The translations under genes were made by a program, and so were the position numbers. 64,000 nucleotides of DNA, taken from IMG/VR virus record IMGVR_UViG_3300027782_000047, positions 1 through 64,000 of that record. One strand, given 5' to 3'. How positions within the stretch are numbered: position 1 is the stretch's first letter; each line of letters opens with the position of its first letter. The notes under the pieces were generated by a model. It saw nothing but the letters and a program-made list of their open reading frames with translations. It did not search any database and was not told the origin of the DNA. Shown here piece after piece: positions 35,189-47,100 of this stretch. Source of the DNA: a virus.

Positions 35189-36097
35189 ATGGCAACAAAT
35201 AGCGACTATACTAAATCATATGAACAGGTGGTTGGAGCACTTAGTTCCAATCCATCAAATAATTTATTTCAAGAACCGCCATCTCCAGCATCGGTTGACA
35301 ATCCACCATTATATCCATATAATCAAACGTGGGATAGTGAGGGAGCACATTCAATCCAATTAGATGATACTCCAGGAAGAGAGCGGGTACGCATACAACA
35401 TGGAAAATCTAGAAACTTTATTGAAATGCATCCAAACGGAAATCAAGTTATAAAAGTTTTTGGTGAAGGATTTGATATTACAATCGGTAAGAAAAACATT
35501 TATGTTAGCGGTGCATGTAACATCGTTGTTAAAGGCGATTGTAATATGCAAGTGGATGGAGATTTAAATCAAGAAGTTGGCGGAGATTATAATCTTGCAG
35601 TAAAAGGAAAAATGAATGTCCTGAGTGCTGGAAATCTTTCACTTTCTGGTAATAAAGATGTTAGCATTAGTGCAAGTGAAAAATTTGGTGGTTCTTTGAG
35701 TTTGTCATCAGCACAAAGTTTGAATTTAGGATCAGATTTGTTTATTCATGGTTCAATTACTTGCGACACACTTACTGCGGAATCAAGAGTGAATGCAAAA
35801 ATGGGTGTTTTTGCTGGTCCATATGGATTCACATCTTCTCTCGGGGGATTATCATTAGGCTTGCCAACTCCATTAACACCAGTTGCAACTCCAGGATCCA
35901 TTACTACCGTTGGACCAATCACATCATTAGTGTCCGTAAATGCTCCAATAGGAAATTTCTTTGTCGGTAATATTGGATATGCAAGTATTGGTATTTCATC
36001 AGCAGTTTTCATGTTTGACACAATCAATTCTTTGATTTATAATACACACAGTCATCCAAAAGCTGGACCCGTAATAGGTAAATTTTTAAGTGCTTGA
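35189..36097 (+). CDS. gp5 C-terminal spike/beta-helix protein
   Basis: YPYN...DDTPGRERVR..H...EMHPNG, VxGD octapeptide repeats, HSH near the C-terminus. Confidence 0.85.
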   Translation: MATNSDYTKSYEQVVGALSSNPSNNLFQEPPSPASVDNPPLYPYNQTWDSEGAHSIQLDDTPGRERVRIQHGKSRNFIEMHPNGNQVIKVFGEGFDITIGKKNIYVSGACNIVVKGDCNMQVDGDLNQEVGGDYNLAVKGKMNVLSAGNLSLSGNKDVSISASEKFGGSLSLSSAQSLNLGSDLFIHGSITCDTLTAESRVNAKMGVFAGPYGFTSSLGGLSLGLPTPLTPVATPGSITTVGPITSLVSVNAPIGNFFVGNIGYASIGISSAVFMFDTINSLIYNTHSHPKAGPVIGKFLSA

Positions 36098-36113
36098 TAA
36101 GGAAAAAAATACT

Positions 36114-36956
36114 ATGGCTAAATTATTTCAAAAATTAGGATACAATTATACAGACACCAGAGGTGATATACCAGATTTGTCTGTGGAAGCAAAAGAACAT
36201 TTGAATAGTGTTCCAACCATAATTACTGATTGGCAATCGGGGGATATTGCGAATAGTTCTGTTAGTGGTTACTTTAAAAATCCAACTTCGGTTTCGGTAG
36301 CTAACATTTTAAATTCTGCAAATACATTACGAGATACAATACTTACAATTACAAGTTGCACAAATGTGGGTGTACAAGATAAATTAAACATGACAGTTAA
36401 CATTCTTGAATCTAATGTATCTTCAAATTTATACAGCAATTCTGCCAATTTTGTGGCACACACAAATAGAATTTCCGGCGTTACAAATTATATAACTGAT
36501 GCTACAAATAATCCAGATGTTGCTCAAGCAAAACCGTATTACGATAATGCAATGGCTGTAGCAAAAGGATTAATGTATATAATTTATCAGACTGATGGAA
36601 TTCAAAATACTGCTCCAATTTTTGGCAGTTTTACTAGCGTTTTTATTGATCCAGAATTGTCTCAAGCAAACACAAACATCATTGCAAATACGGTAATACT
36701 ATCAACTAGCATTTCTGGCGGAGGATCTTGCAGTTTGACATTACCACAAGCTAATACAATTTATAATAATTTAGCAAATGTTATAAGTCTCATGGACACA
36801 AGAAAATTGCATGATGAAAATTTTTATACAAACAGTAGGACATTGATGGATGATTTTGCAAAAGTTCGGCAATTTTCTTCAATGGGTCAGTCTCAAACTG
36901 CTTTAATAGAAAATTATATAGGAACAGATAAACTTATTACTAGAATTACTTCATAA
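36114..36956 (+). CDS. hypothetical virion protein
   Basis: 280 aa ORF in the baseplate operon, AAGGA SD. Confidence 0.75.
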   Translation: MAKLFQKLGYNYTDTRGDIPDLSVEAKEHLNSVPTIITDWQSGDIANSSVSGYFKNPTSVSVANILNSANTLRDTILTITSCTNVGVQDKLNMTVNILESNVSSNLYSNSANFVAHTNRISGVTNYITDATNNPDVAQAKPYYDNAMAVAKGLMYIIYQTDGIQNTAPIFGSFTSVFIDPELSQANTNIIANTVILSTSISGGGSCSLTLPQANTIYNNLANVISLMDTRKLHDENFYTNSRTLMDDFAKVRQFSSMGQSQTALIENYIGTDKLITRITS

Positions 36957-36963
36957 ATAAAAG

Positions 36964-37368
36964 ATGGCCACAGTAGTAAGCGCAACAACTAGAAAATACA
37001 AAGACTTGGACTTGTCTTTCACAGCCCATCCTATAAAGAAGGATGTGAATAAGCACGTTGACGAGATGGCGGTAATCAATTCCGTTAAGAATTTGATCTC
37101 AACTTCTCGGTACGAAAGACCTTTTCAGCCTCAGTTGGGCTCCGGTGTACGCAACTTGTTATTTGAAAACATGGATTCCATTACATCTTCCGCACTAAAG
37201 CGTGAGATTATACAGACGTTGGAAAACTTTGAGCCAAGAGTTATCGTAAAAAGCGTTGCTGTTTCGCCAAATTATGAAGGCAATTCTTACAGTATCGGCA
37301 TGACATTTTTGATAGTCAATAGAACAGACCCAATAACAATAAACTTCTTCTTACAACGAGACAGATAA
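36964..37368 (+). CDS. gp25: baseplate wedge gp25
   Basis: YKDLDLSF..HP, SVKNLI, ERPFQP.LGS, FEPRV. Confidence 0.92.
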   Translation: MATVVSATTRKYKDLDLSFTAHPIKKDVNKHVDEMAVINSVKNLISTSRYERPFQPQLGSGVRNLLFENMDSITSSALKREIIQTLENFEPRVIVKSVAVSPNYEGNSYSIGMTFLIVNRTDPITINFFLQRDR

Positions 37369-37369
37369 G

Positions 37370-39442
37370 ATGGCGGACCGTTTAAATGTAACCGAATTAG
37401 ATTTTGATTCAATCAAAACTAATCTTAGAAATTTCCTAAGACAACAAACCGAATTTCAAGACTATGATTTTGAAGGTTCTGGCTTAAGTGTTCTATTGGA
37501 CATTCTAGCATACAATACACATTACAATGCATATTACTTAAATATGATTGCCAACGAAGCATTCTTAGATAGTGCTTCTCTTAGAAACTCAGTTGTTTCA
37601 CATGCGAAACGAGTTGGTTATACACCACGTTCAGCTAGAGCGCCAAGAGCAATTGTTAATGTAACAATTCAAACAACAAATGCTACACCAGGTTCATTAA
37701 CTCTGCCTAGAGGTTATGCATTTTCATCTTCACAATTAGATGGCGTATCATACAAGTTTGTTACCGTAGAATCTACAACAGTTTCTAAAACAGCAAACAA
37801 TTTTGTTTTCACAAACGTGCCAATCTATCAGGGACAACTAGTTTCATACTCTTATACCAACAGCTTCTTTTCTAATCCAAAACAACTGTTTACAATACCA
37901 GATGCAAACATTGATACGACAACTTTGAGAGTTTCGGTCAAACAGTCTGCTTCAAATACAGAAACTGTGGTTTATGATTTATCTACGAATGCACTTACTG
38001 TAAATTCAACATCGGAAGTTTATTATCTACAAGAAGGTAAAAATGGTCAGTATGAAGTTTATTTCGGCGATAACATCCTAGGGAAAAAGATACCGGATGG
38101 TGGTGTAATCACTCTAGAATATTTGATTACCAGTGCGGATGCATCAAACAAAGCAAACAGTTTTGTTTCTTCCTCAACAGTTGGTGGATTTAGTTTAATT
38201 TCCGTAAATTCAATTTCTGCGGCTGCTGGTGGTGTCACCAGAGAATCAGTAGATTCAATTAAGTTTGCGGCACCTCTTGCTTTGCTATCACAAAATCGTG
38301 CTGTAACAAAGAACGACTACATCAAGTTAATTCAACAAAACTATCCAGCTTTTGAAGCAGTCAACGTATGGGGTGGAGAAGAAAATGATCCACCAGTTTT
38401 TGGTAAAGTATTCGTGTCAGCAAAGCCAAAATTGGGTTTTGAAGTTTCGGATACGGAAAAAGATTTTGTAAAAAATACCATATTGAAGCCAATCAGTATG
38501 TTGACAATTACACCAGAAATTGTTGATATTGATTACAATTATCTAAAAGTTCAATCAAACGTTTTCTATGATAAATCAAAATTGTTGTTAAATGATTCCG
38601 AATTGAAAAGTGCAATAACAAATTTAATTAAAAATTATGCTTCTACGAATTTGAATCAATTTAATACTTATTTTAGATTTTCGGGTCTTGAAACTGCGAT
38701 TGATAATTTTGATAGATCAATTGTTTCTAATGAAATAAATTTGTTTGTTGCTAAAAAATTCAGACCAGATTTAATTAATGCGGATAATTATATTTTGGAT
38801 TTTGGTTTTGAATTGGGCAGAGGAACAACAAACGATAACTTCTACTCAACACCAGATTTCACAATGACAGATGAAATTGGTGTTTCTCGTCAGTGTTTCT
38901 TTGAAGAAGTTCCATCATCGTTTTCTGGACTAGAATCAGTAACGGTAAGTAATCCAGGTTTCAATTACACATCAACACCAAAAGTTACCATTGTCGGTGA
39001 CGGTGAAGGTGCATTAGCAGTTGCTGAAATAGTGAATGGAAAATTGAACAAAATTACTGTCACAAATCCAGGCATTGGATATACCACAGCAGCCGTTCAA
39101 ATCACTGGCGGCGGTGGATCTTTAGGTGCTGGATTGGCGGTGCTTGAAGGTCGGTATGGACAAATCAGAATTTCATACTTTAAGCCAGATGAAATTAGCA
39201 GTCAAAGCACTAAAGTAATTTTAAACAAAAGCAAAAACAATGGTGTAACTGGTGTCATTGATTACACATTAGGTAAAATAACGATCAGTAATTTTAATCC
39301 AACAGCAGTTAACAACGACTTTGGCGATATCATGGTTCATATTAAGCCAAAGATTAATATCATTCAATCAAAATTAAATAAGATGCTTGTTCTGGATGCA
39401 GATGATCCTACCAGCGTTACTGTTAAGACTACTACAATTTAA
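37370..39442 (+). CDS. gp6: baseplate wedge gp6
   Basis: LDFDSIKTNL, DYDFEGS, LAYNTHY, QNRAVT..DY, WGGEEN.PP..GKV. Confidence 0.92.
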   Translation: MADRLNVTELDFDSIKTNLRNFLRQQTEFQDYDFEGSGLSVLLDILAYNTHYNAYYLNMIANEAFLDSASLRNSVVSHAKRVGYTPRSARAPRAIVNVTIQTTNATPGSLTLPRGYAFSSSQLDGVSYKFVTVESTTVSKTANNFVFTNVPIYQGQLVSYSYTNSFFSNPKQLFTIPDANIDTTTLRVSVKQSASNTETVVYDLSTNALTVNSTSEVYYLQEGKNGQYEVYFGDNILGKKIPDGGVITLEYLITSADASNKANSFVSSSTVGGFSLISVNSISAAAGGVTRESVDSIKFAAPLALLSQNRAVTKNDYIKLIQQNYPAFEAVNVWGGEENDPPVFGKVFVSAKPKLGFEVSDTEKDFVKNTILKPISMLTITPEIVDIDYNYLKVQSNVFYDKSKLLLNDSELKSAITNLIKNYASTNLNQFNTYFRFSGLETAIDNFDRSIVSNEINLFVAKKFRPDLINADNYILDFGFELGRGTTNDNFYSTPDFTMTDEIGVSRQCFFEEVPSSFSGLESVTVSNPGFNYTSTPKVTIVGDGEGALAVAEIVNGKLNKITVTNPGIGYTTAAVQITGGGGSLGAGLAVLEGRYGQIRISYFKPDEISSQSTKVILNKSKNNGVTGVIDYTLGKITISNFNPTAVNNDFGDIMVHIKPKINIIQSKLNKMLVLDADDPTSVTVKTTTI

Positions 39443-42400
39443 TGGAAAATGTTCGCACATCAAACCTGGTATCTTCACAATTACCAGATTTCGTAAGAAG
39501 TGACTATCCAAAGTTTGTTACTTTCTTAGAAAAATACTATGAGTGGCTGGAAACTACAAATAGCGTTTCCTATGAAATTGATGCATTACGTAATGCAAAT
39601 GATATTGATAATTCAGATGATTATTATATTCAGCAATTAAAGAAGGACTTGGCTCCTTATTTTCCTCAAGAAATAGTAACAGACAAAAGATTGTTTCTAA
39701 AACTAGTCACCCAATTTTATAGATCAAGTGGCACACAAGAATCTGTTAAGTTCCTTTTCAGAGCATTGTACAATGAAAATATTGAAATCTATTATCCAAA
39801 AGAAGATATTCTAAAAGCGTCTGATGGTAAATGGGTATTGCCTTTAGCACTTAGAGTTGATACTGATGACAACAATATTTTCAACATTGCAAAAACTTTA
39901 ATTACCGGCGAAACCTCAAAAGCTACAGCACTTGTTGAAAAAGTAATTCAATCAGTTGACCGACAACTCGGCATTACGTACACCGAAATTTATGTTTCAA
40001 ATGTTCAAAGATTGTTTACAACGGGCGAAAGAATAACAGCCACTTATGTTGATGAAGCTACTGATCTAAATGTTACTGTTAGTGGTCGTTTGATTGGCGC
40101 ACTATCCGAAATAAAAATTAATCCGCTAAACAGAGGTCTTTTTTATAATGGATACGATCTTGATGCCATCCCCTCTTATCCTGGAGATCCAGTCAGTATT
40201 GTTGGTGGTTTAAATCCTATTGCTAACACGCCAATTGGTGCGGTTGCTTATGTTGGAGTAACTACAAAAGGCGGCATCACGGATATCATTGTTGAAAAAG
40301 GTGGTTTTGGTTTCAGAGATCCAGCAATAAATTTAAATTCATCAATTATTGATTTTAAAGGTGGATTTGATGGTGTAGCATTTGGTACTGAAGCTAAAGC
40401 AACCATCAATTTGTTGGATACTTCAATATCAAGAAAAATAAATGTATCCAATATGGCTGTTGATACTTTAGATGGTTATTTTTCTAAAATTTCAAGAGTA
40501 CTAACTAGCGTTTCTATTGTGGGATCAAATGGTTATTTCTCAACAACAACTTCATACTCGGGAAATCTTACGGTTGGAAATGCAGTAACTTCTTATGGAA
40601 CATTGACAGGAACTGGAACAATTACCGACTATTCATCAACAACTTTAACTGGTGTTGTAATTGAAGGATCAAATGGTTATTTTTCAACCACATCATCGCC
40701 ATCAACAATTACCGTTGGTGATCCAGTTAGCATCTCAGGAACTTTAACTGGAACCGGAACAATTTATAATTATTCATCGGGAACAACATATTACATTAAG
40801 ACAAAAAATTCTAATTATTTTTCCTTATCCGAATCTATTGGTGGGGCTGCAATCACATCACTCAATGGAACAACAACAGGTTTAACTTTTCAAACAGGAA
40901 AATTATATTACGTAAAAACGCAAGCCGGTGGTCCAGGAGCAAATTTCTTTTCTTTATCAGCAACTGTTGGTGGGGCTGCAATCAGTACCACATCAGGTAC
41001 AACTACTGGTCTCACTATTACGGCAAATAAAGAAACACAAACAATTTCAAGTTTATCTACATTTGATGAATTTCCAGTTTTTCCAATTTCATTTGTTGCT
41101 GTTGATGGTTCAGGTGGTGGATATCGCCAAAAGCCATCCGTAGAAACTTATAGTTTTTATAATGAAGATTATCCTGATAGTGAGGTATGTACTGCACGAA
41201 CAATCGTAAAAGGAACATCATTAATAAACGATAGTTCGCAAAATTTAACAAATTCTTTTGAACCCGGAGATTATGTTAGACTATTCATTAAAAATAAATT
41301 TGAAGCCATTCGTGAAGTGTTGTATGTTGACACAAATAATTTATATTTTGCCGAAGCATTTCGGAATGATTTAACAAACGTATCGGTTTATAAAATTCTA
41401 AGAAACGATTTGTATAAAATTGGATCACTTGGTAGAATAACAGTTAACAATGGTGGCACTGGTTATGCTAATGGCGATATTCTAATTTTTACTGGTGGTT
41501 CTGGATATGGTGCAAATGGATATGTAAATGTTTCTTCTGGTGTAATTACTTCAGTCACCATTAACAATCATTCTTCAAATGCTTTTGTTATTGGCGGAGA
41601 AGGATATACAAGAGATTCATTGCCATCAATTAATGTTCAATCAGTTTCTGGTACAAGTGCTAATTTGACGGTTGCACAAATAACGGGTGATGGTGAACAA
41701 TACGGATTAACAACCTCGAGAATTGGTGCCATAACATCATTAAGAATTGAAAGTTTTGGTTATGATTATGTTGAGGCTCCAACAGTATCTTTAAGAAATG
41801 CAGATATAGTTTTAAGAGATGTAACCCTTGGACAATTATTTGTAGCAAATACATCAGTGTATCAAGGCACATCAAATAGTAGTTCAACATTTAGTGCAAC
41901 AGTAGATTCTTATAATCCTGGAACTACAACGCTTAGAATATTTAATTATCGTGGCGTTTTTGATGAAACTAAAACTATCAAGTCGGATGATGGAACAGTT
42001 ACTGCAAATGTAACATCATTCTTGTTCTATGGTGATGGTAACGCCAAAGCTACAGCAAAATTTGAAAACGGTTTGATTCGTTATCCTGGAATTTATTTAA
42101 ATACTGATGGACAAATTAGCGCAGACAAGAAATTACAGGACGGTGAAAAGTATCACAACTTCTCATATATTATTAAATCTCAAACGGACTATTCTAAGTT
42201 TAAGAAGCCACTAAACGATATTGTTCATCCAATTGGAACAAAAACTTTCATTACAAAAATTGATGACAATGATGAAATGATAACTGATGTTAATACGTCA
42301 ACATTTATAACGATTACTTCTCTTGCGGATACATACAATATTGCCAATGGTTCTAATAAAATTATTACTACAAACGCCAGCGCAAACCTCCAATCTACTG

Positions 42401-42765
42401 TTAATGTTGGTGATTTAATTCTTCTATCAAATGTTCATAGAAGATTACAGAACACGGTTAATGTTGTTACAGGATCAAATGTTTTGTTTGGATCATCTAA
42501 TAGCGTCAACTTCATAAATGACTTACAGGACGGAGATACAATATATCTTTCTACCGGAAATACAGTAATAATTAAAGAAGTTACCAATTCGTCTTTTGCT
42601 ATTCTTGATACCATAATTAATGTGACCTCAACTTCGGCGACTGTTAACTTGGTTTATACTGCTACTGTCAGGGCTAATTCCAGAAATGCAAATACTATTT
42701 TTGCGAGTAGCATATTTACATCAAACGGCAGCAATTTGAGCGCAACCATTCAAAAAGTTAGATAA
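39442..42765 (+). CDS. baseplate wedge initiator gp7-like
   Basis: QLPDFVR..YPKFV.FLEKYYEW, GT..S..FLFR.LY, LQD..KYHNFSY, HPIGT. Confidence 0.75.
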   Translation: MENVRTSNLVSSQLPDFVRSDYPKFVTFLEKYYEWLETTNSVSYEIDALRNANDIDNSDDYYIQQLKKDLAPYFPQEIVTDKRLFLKLVTQFYRSSGTQESVKFLFRALYNENIEIYYPKEDILKASDGKWVLPLALRVDTDDNNIFNIAKTLITGETSKATALVEKVIQSVDRQLGITYTEIYVSNVQRLFTTGERITATYVDEATDLNVTVSGRLIGALSEIKINPLNRGLFYNGYDLDAIPSYPGDPVSIVGGLNPIANTPIGAVAYVGVTTKGGITDIIVEKGGFGFRDPAINLNSSIIDFKGGFDGVAFGTEAKATINLLDTSISRKINVSNMAVDTLDGYFSKISRVLTSVSIVGSNGYFSTTTSYSGNLTVGNAVTSYGTLTGTGTITDYSSTTLTGVVIEGSNGYFSTTSSPSTITVGDPVSISGTLTGTGTIYNYSSGTTYYIKTKNSNYFSLSESIGGAAITSLNGTTTGLTFQTGKLYYVKTQAGGPGANFFSLSATVGGAAISTTSGTTTGLTITANKETQTISSLSTFDEFPVFPISFVAVDGSGGGYRQKPSVETYSFYNEDYPDSEVCTARTIVKGTSLINDSSQNLTNSFEPGDYVRLFIKNKFEAIREVLYVDTNNLYFAEAFRNDLTNVSVYKILRNDLYKIGSLGRITVNNGGTGYANGDILIFTGGSGYGANGYVNVSSGVITSVTINNHSSNAFVIGGEGYTRDSLPSINVQSVSGTSANLTVAQITGDGEQYGLTTSRIGAITSLRIESFGYDYVEAPTVSLRNADIVLRDVTLGQLFVANTSVYQGTSNSSSTFSATVDSYNPGTTTLRIFNYRGVFDETKTIKSDDGTVTANVTSFLFYGDGNAKATAKFENGLIRYPGIYLNTDGQISADKKLQDGEKYHNFSYIIKSQTDYSKFKKPLNDIVHPIGTKTFITKIDDNDEMITDVNTSTFITITSLADTYNIANGSNKIITTNASANLQSTVNVGDLILLSNVHRRLQNTVNVVTGSNVLFGSSNSVNFINDLQDGDTIYLSTGNTVIIKEVTNSSFAILDTIINVTSTSATVNLVYTATVRANSRNANTIFASSIFTSNGSNLSATIQKVR

Positions 42766-42773
42766 ATAGAAAC

Positions 42774-44102
42774 ATGTCAGCACTCTTAACTAAAAATTTC
42801 AAAATATTGATGGCCCAGCAAGTTTATAACTTGTTGGACTTGGGCGCAAACGCATATTTGCCAGCCGAAAGAAAATCATATCTGTATGCATTTTTCGGTA
42901 GACACTTACCTTGGAATTCTGGTGTAGAAGTGGAGGGAACTCCATCTGAAACCGAAGAAGCTATAAACAACTACTATAAACGTGGTGTTTTAGCTAAACA
43001 ATTATCATATGATAACGCATCTCTTGTTGTTCCTAGAATTAACTGGACTGCCGGAACAGTATACAACACGTATGATGCAAATGCAAATTTTTATATTTTA
43101 AATTCAAAAGATCAAGTTTTTAAGTGTTTATCAAATGTGTCAACTGGCACAGTATCCACACAAGAACCAGAGTTGACACTTTCTACAACATCCTTAGAAG
43201 AGCCATATGTAGAGACTTCCGACTTTTACAAGTGGAAATATATGTATACACTAACATCTTTACAAAAACAAAAGTTTTTGACTGATGATTGGATGCCAGT
43301 TTCTACAAACAAATTTGTACGAGCAGCCGCTGAACCCGGCTCAATTGATATTGTGACAGTAACTAATACGGGTAATAATTACACCAGCGGTCCCGTGCAG
43401 AATATTATTACAATTGAAGGAAATGGAACTGGCGCAATATTAAAAGCAAATGTGTCTGATGGAAAAGTAAGAAATGTAATTATACAAAATCGTGGAAATT
43501 ATTACACTTACGCCAATTTAACTTTTACTGATGTTAGTGGCGGCATAGGAACTTTGGCGACTGCTACAGTTTCAATTGCTCCACACGATGGTCATGGATA
43601 TTCACCAGTTCATGAATTAGGCGCATCTACTATTTTATTTAATGTAGAATTTGAACAAACCGAAGGTGGAGCATTACCAGTCGATAATGATTTCCGAGAA
43701 GTAGTGTTATTAAGAAATCCATATGTATACAACACTACAACATTAGCAACCGCAAAAACTTATACCTTATACACTCTCGTTAAAGTTTCACCGGGTGTTG
43801 GTGACTTCAATAACGATGAAGTTGTTTATCAAGGAGCAACATACGGCGATGCAACATTTACCGCTGATGTTATTTCTTTTGGTGAAACATCAAACTTATT
43901 ATACCTAAATAATGTTCGCGGAACATTACAAACAAATCAGGCGATTAGAGGCTTACAAACAGGCGCTATTCGTATCGTAAATTCCATAACAAATCCAACT
44001 CTTGATTTGTACTCTGGAAAGATATTATACATATCAGATAAACTGCCAATTACAAGAGACCCAGCCCAAACCGAACGAATTCGTTTCATTTTGAGTTTCT
44101 AA
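42774..44102 (+). CDS. gp8: baseplate wedge gp8-like
   Basis: VPRINW..G..Y, VFKCLSN, YKWKYMY, GHG....ELG, SGKILY. Confidence 0.82.
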   Translation: MSALLTKNFKILMAQQVYNLLDLGANAYLPAERKSYLYAFFGRHLPWNSGVEVEGTPSETEEAINNYYKRGVLAKQLSYDNASLVVPRINWTAGTVYNTYDANANFYILNSKDQVFKCLSNVSTGTVSTQEPELTLSTTSLEEPYVETSDFYKWKYMYTLTSLQKQKFLTDDWMPVSTNKFVRAAAEPGSIDIVTVTNTGNNYTSGPVQNIITIEGNGTGAILKANVSDGKVRNVIIQNRGNYYTYANLTFTDVSGGIGTLATATVSIAPHDGHGYSPVHELGASTILFNVEFEQTEGGALPVDNDFREVVLLRNPYVYNTTTLATAKTYTLYTLVKVSPGVGDFNNDEVVYQGATYGDATFTADVISFGETSNLLYLNNVRGTLQTNQAIRGLQTGAIRIVNSITNPTLDLYSGKILYISDKLPITRDPAQTERIRFILSF

Positions 44103-44113
44103 ACGAGGAATAA

Positions 44114-47100
44114 ATGACTGCTACTTTTAACTACGATCCATACTATGATGATTTTGATGAAGATAAAAACTTCATGCGTGTTTTGTTTCGTCCTGGATAT
44201 TCGGTTCAAGCCCGTGAATTGACGCAATTACAAACTATATTAGCAAATCAAATTGAAAAATTTGGCAACCACATTTTTAAGAGTGGTAGTCCAATTGTCG
44301 GTGGTAAAGTTTCATTAGACAACAAAGCAAATTATATTGTTTTATCGGCTCAATATAATAGCTTAGACGTTGATGCTACACAATTTTTAAACAAGACTGT
44401 TGTTTCATATAACTCATCAAAAATAATTAGAGCAAGAGTTATTGCAATTGACACATCAACAGCAAATCCCATTCTTATTCTAAAGTATCTAAGCGGCGAA
44501 AGATTTTCGGAATCAGATGAAATTCGTGTTTATGGCCAAGAAATTTATGCACAATTAAGATCCACCGCGGCTGTTGGTGGTTCTTTCGTTGCTAAATTAC
44601 AAGAAGGTATATACTACTTTAAAGGACAATTTGTAAAAGTAGTTCCTCAATATTTGGTTATTGAAATTTTTTATCGCATAGGATATAATACAACAACAAT
44701 TAATGCAAATCCATCATATAAAATTGGTATTGAATTTACAGAAACTATTGTTGATGAAGTTGACGATACTTCTTTATTGGATCCAGCTCAAGGCGCATTT
44801 AACTATCAAGCACCAGGAGCCGAGCGTTTTGCAATTCAAACTTCACTGTCAAAGAGAACATTAGATTCTGCTGATATTTCAACATTCTTTGAAATTGTTC
44901 GTCTTGTTAATGGTATAAAAACAAAAGAAATTGAATATCCAATTTATAGCGAAATTGAAAAAACTTTAGCTCGCCGAACACATGATGAATCTGGAAACTA
45001 TACCGTAGATCCATTTGTTATTTCTCTTGAAGAAGGAGATACAGCTAATGGTAAGTTTAGCGTAGTCTTGGATCCGGGTAAAGCATATGTAAGTGGATAC
45101 GAATTTGAAACTATTGCTCCAACAATTATTTCAGTTGATAGAGCAAGAGATGTTTCAAATGTTTCAAGTTTTGATTTACCAACAAACTATGAAAGTAGTT
45201 TGGTTCTAGCAAACGTTCGTGGCACACTTGATATTACATCATTCCCATCTTTGGATATTCATTCCGTTCCACTGACAAACATAAGTTTGTCCACAACCGC
45301 AACATATAATTCTACCAAAATTGGTACCATTTATGCAAACATGATTCGCTACAATGATTCAACACTTTCATCAAATGGAAATAGTCACAGTCATATAGTG
45401 AATACGTTTGGAGCAAACACTACTCCCATCACAGGAACATTGGCCGCATCAGGTTCATCTGCTACTACAATTGCAATTCCTGCCGCATTCAATGCTGGTT
45501 TGCCATTGAATGCTTATGCAAACATGTATTTTCAAATTACCAATGGTGCTGGCGCTTCATTGTCGCCAATTCTAATTACTAGTTCAAATACCGTAACTCT
45601 CAATTTAGCATCATCATTGAATTTTATTCCAGGTTCAAACACATTCACTATTCAGTCCGATATTAAAAATGCAGAATCGTTAGTTCAAAATGGTGGATCA
45701 TATATTCAATTTGGTGGTAATATTGATGTAGATTCAAAAAATCCAACTACAGGATTTGTATCTATCAGTGAACCAGCAAGAACAAGTCTTGTTTTTGAAA
45801 CTCCATATGAAGCTATTAAAGCTAATACAATTAGCAATATGGACTTTCAAGTTAGAAAACTATATCAGGGAACAACGGTAGGCTCTAGCGGTGTATTTAC
45901 TGTGACCGCTTCTGGCACAGATACGTTCTCGTTCTCATCTGGAGTAGATCCACTTAGCAATTCGCAGATTCAAGACAATATAATTTGTTTTGTTCGTTCT
46001 GATAGTGCAAGTAATACTCAGTATGGTATTCAACCTAATACAGTTATTAGTTTATCACAATCTGGTTTTGCTGTTACTCCGATATCAGCATCTCAGTTTT
46101 CAATTAATTTGAAAGCTACTCAAACAATCAAAGTTGATTTGCTTATAAAAACAAAAATTAATAACGCCGAAGATGGTACAAACGGTGTTACCAAGCGTAA
46201 ACAATTAATACCAATTACGGGCGGAACAGATTTACACTCATTGATTCCTTATGAAATGAATACTGCTGGAACTCAAGGAACAACTGTTCTATATTCAGCA
46301 AGTACATCTGGCGAAGTAACATATTTTGCTGGTGGTGCGGTATTCAAAAGTATCGGCGCAACCAACTTTGATAACGGTACAGTATTAACAGATTTGAGGA
46401 CACCAGGAAAAGCAGTTAGCTTGCAAGTTCCGGATGTATATGAAATCATTGGCATTTATGATTCTAAAAATACAGGATCAAACGTTACCTCTGCTATGTT
46501 GACAACCGCAACGAATGATATTACATCATACTATGAGTTTGACAATGGTCAACGCAAAACACATTATGACCATGCAACAATTAAATTGAAACGTGGTTAT
46601 TCTGCACCAGTTGGAAAAGTATTTGTGCAATATAGGTACTTCAAAAGTTTGTCTGGATTTGCCGGACTATTTGATGTTGATTCATACTCAAAAGGCTCAA
46701 ACATCTCTTATGATGAAATATCTAAGTTTGATAATAAAGAAGATAAAAAACTTATTCCTCTAAGAGGCGCATTTGACTTTAGACCTTACAGAGCAATTGG
46801 TGGAACATCATTATCTGGAGCATTGAATCCAGAACCACTAGAAAACATCACGATGAATTATGATTACTACTTGCCAAGAATTGACCAAGTGGTAGTTAAA
46901 TCTTCTAGAGAAATTGGAGTGTTGAAGGGACAATCAGCCGTTGTTCCAGTTCCACCTCCAGTTGATAAAAAAGATATGTTGATTTATACTTTGTATATTC
47001 CAGCATATACCGAAAGTGTTAAAGATATCCGCGCAGACTTTAAGAATCATCGCAGATATACGATGAGTGACATTCAGGCGTTTGAGGATAGAATTCGTGG

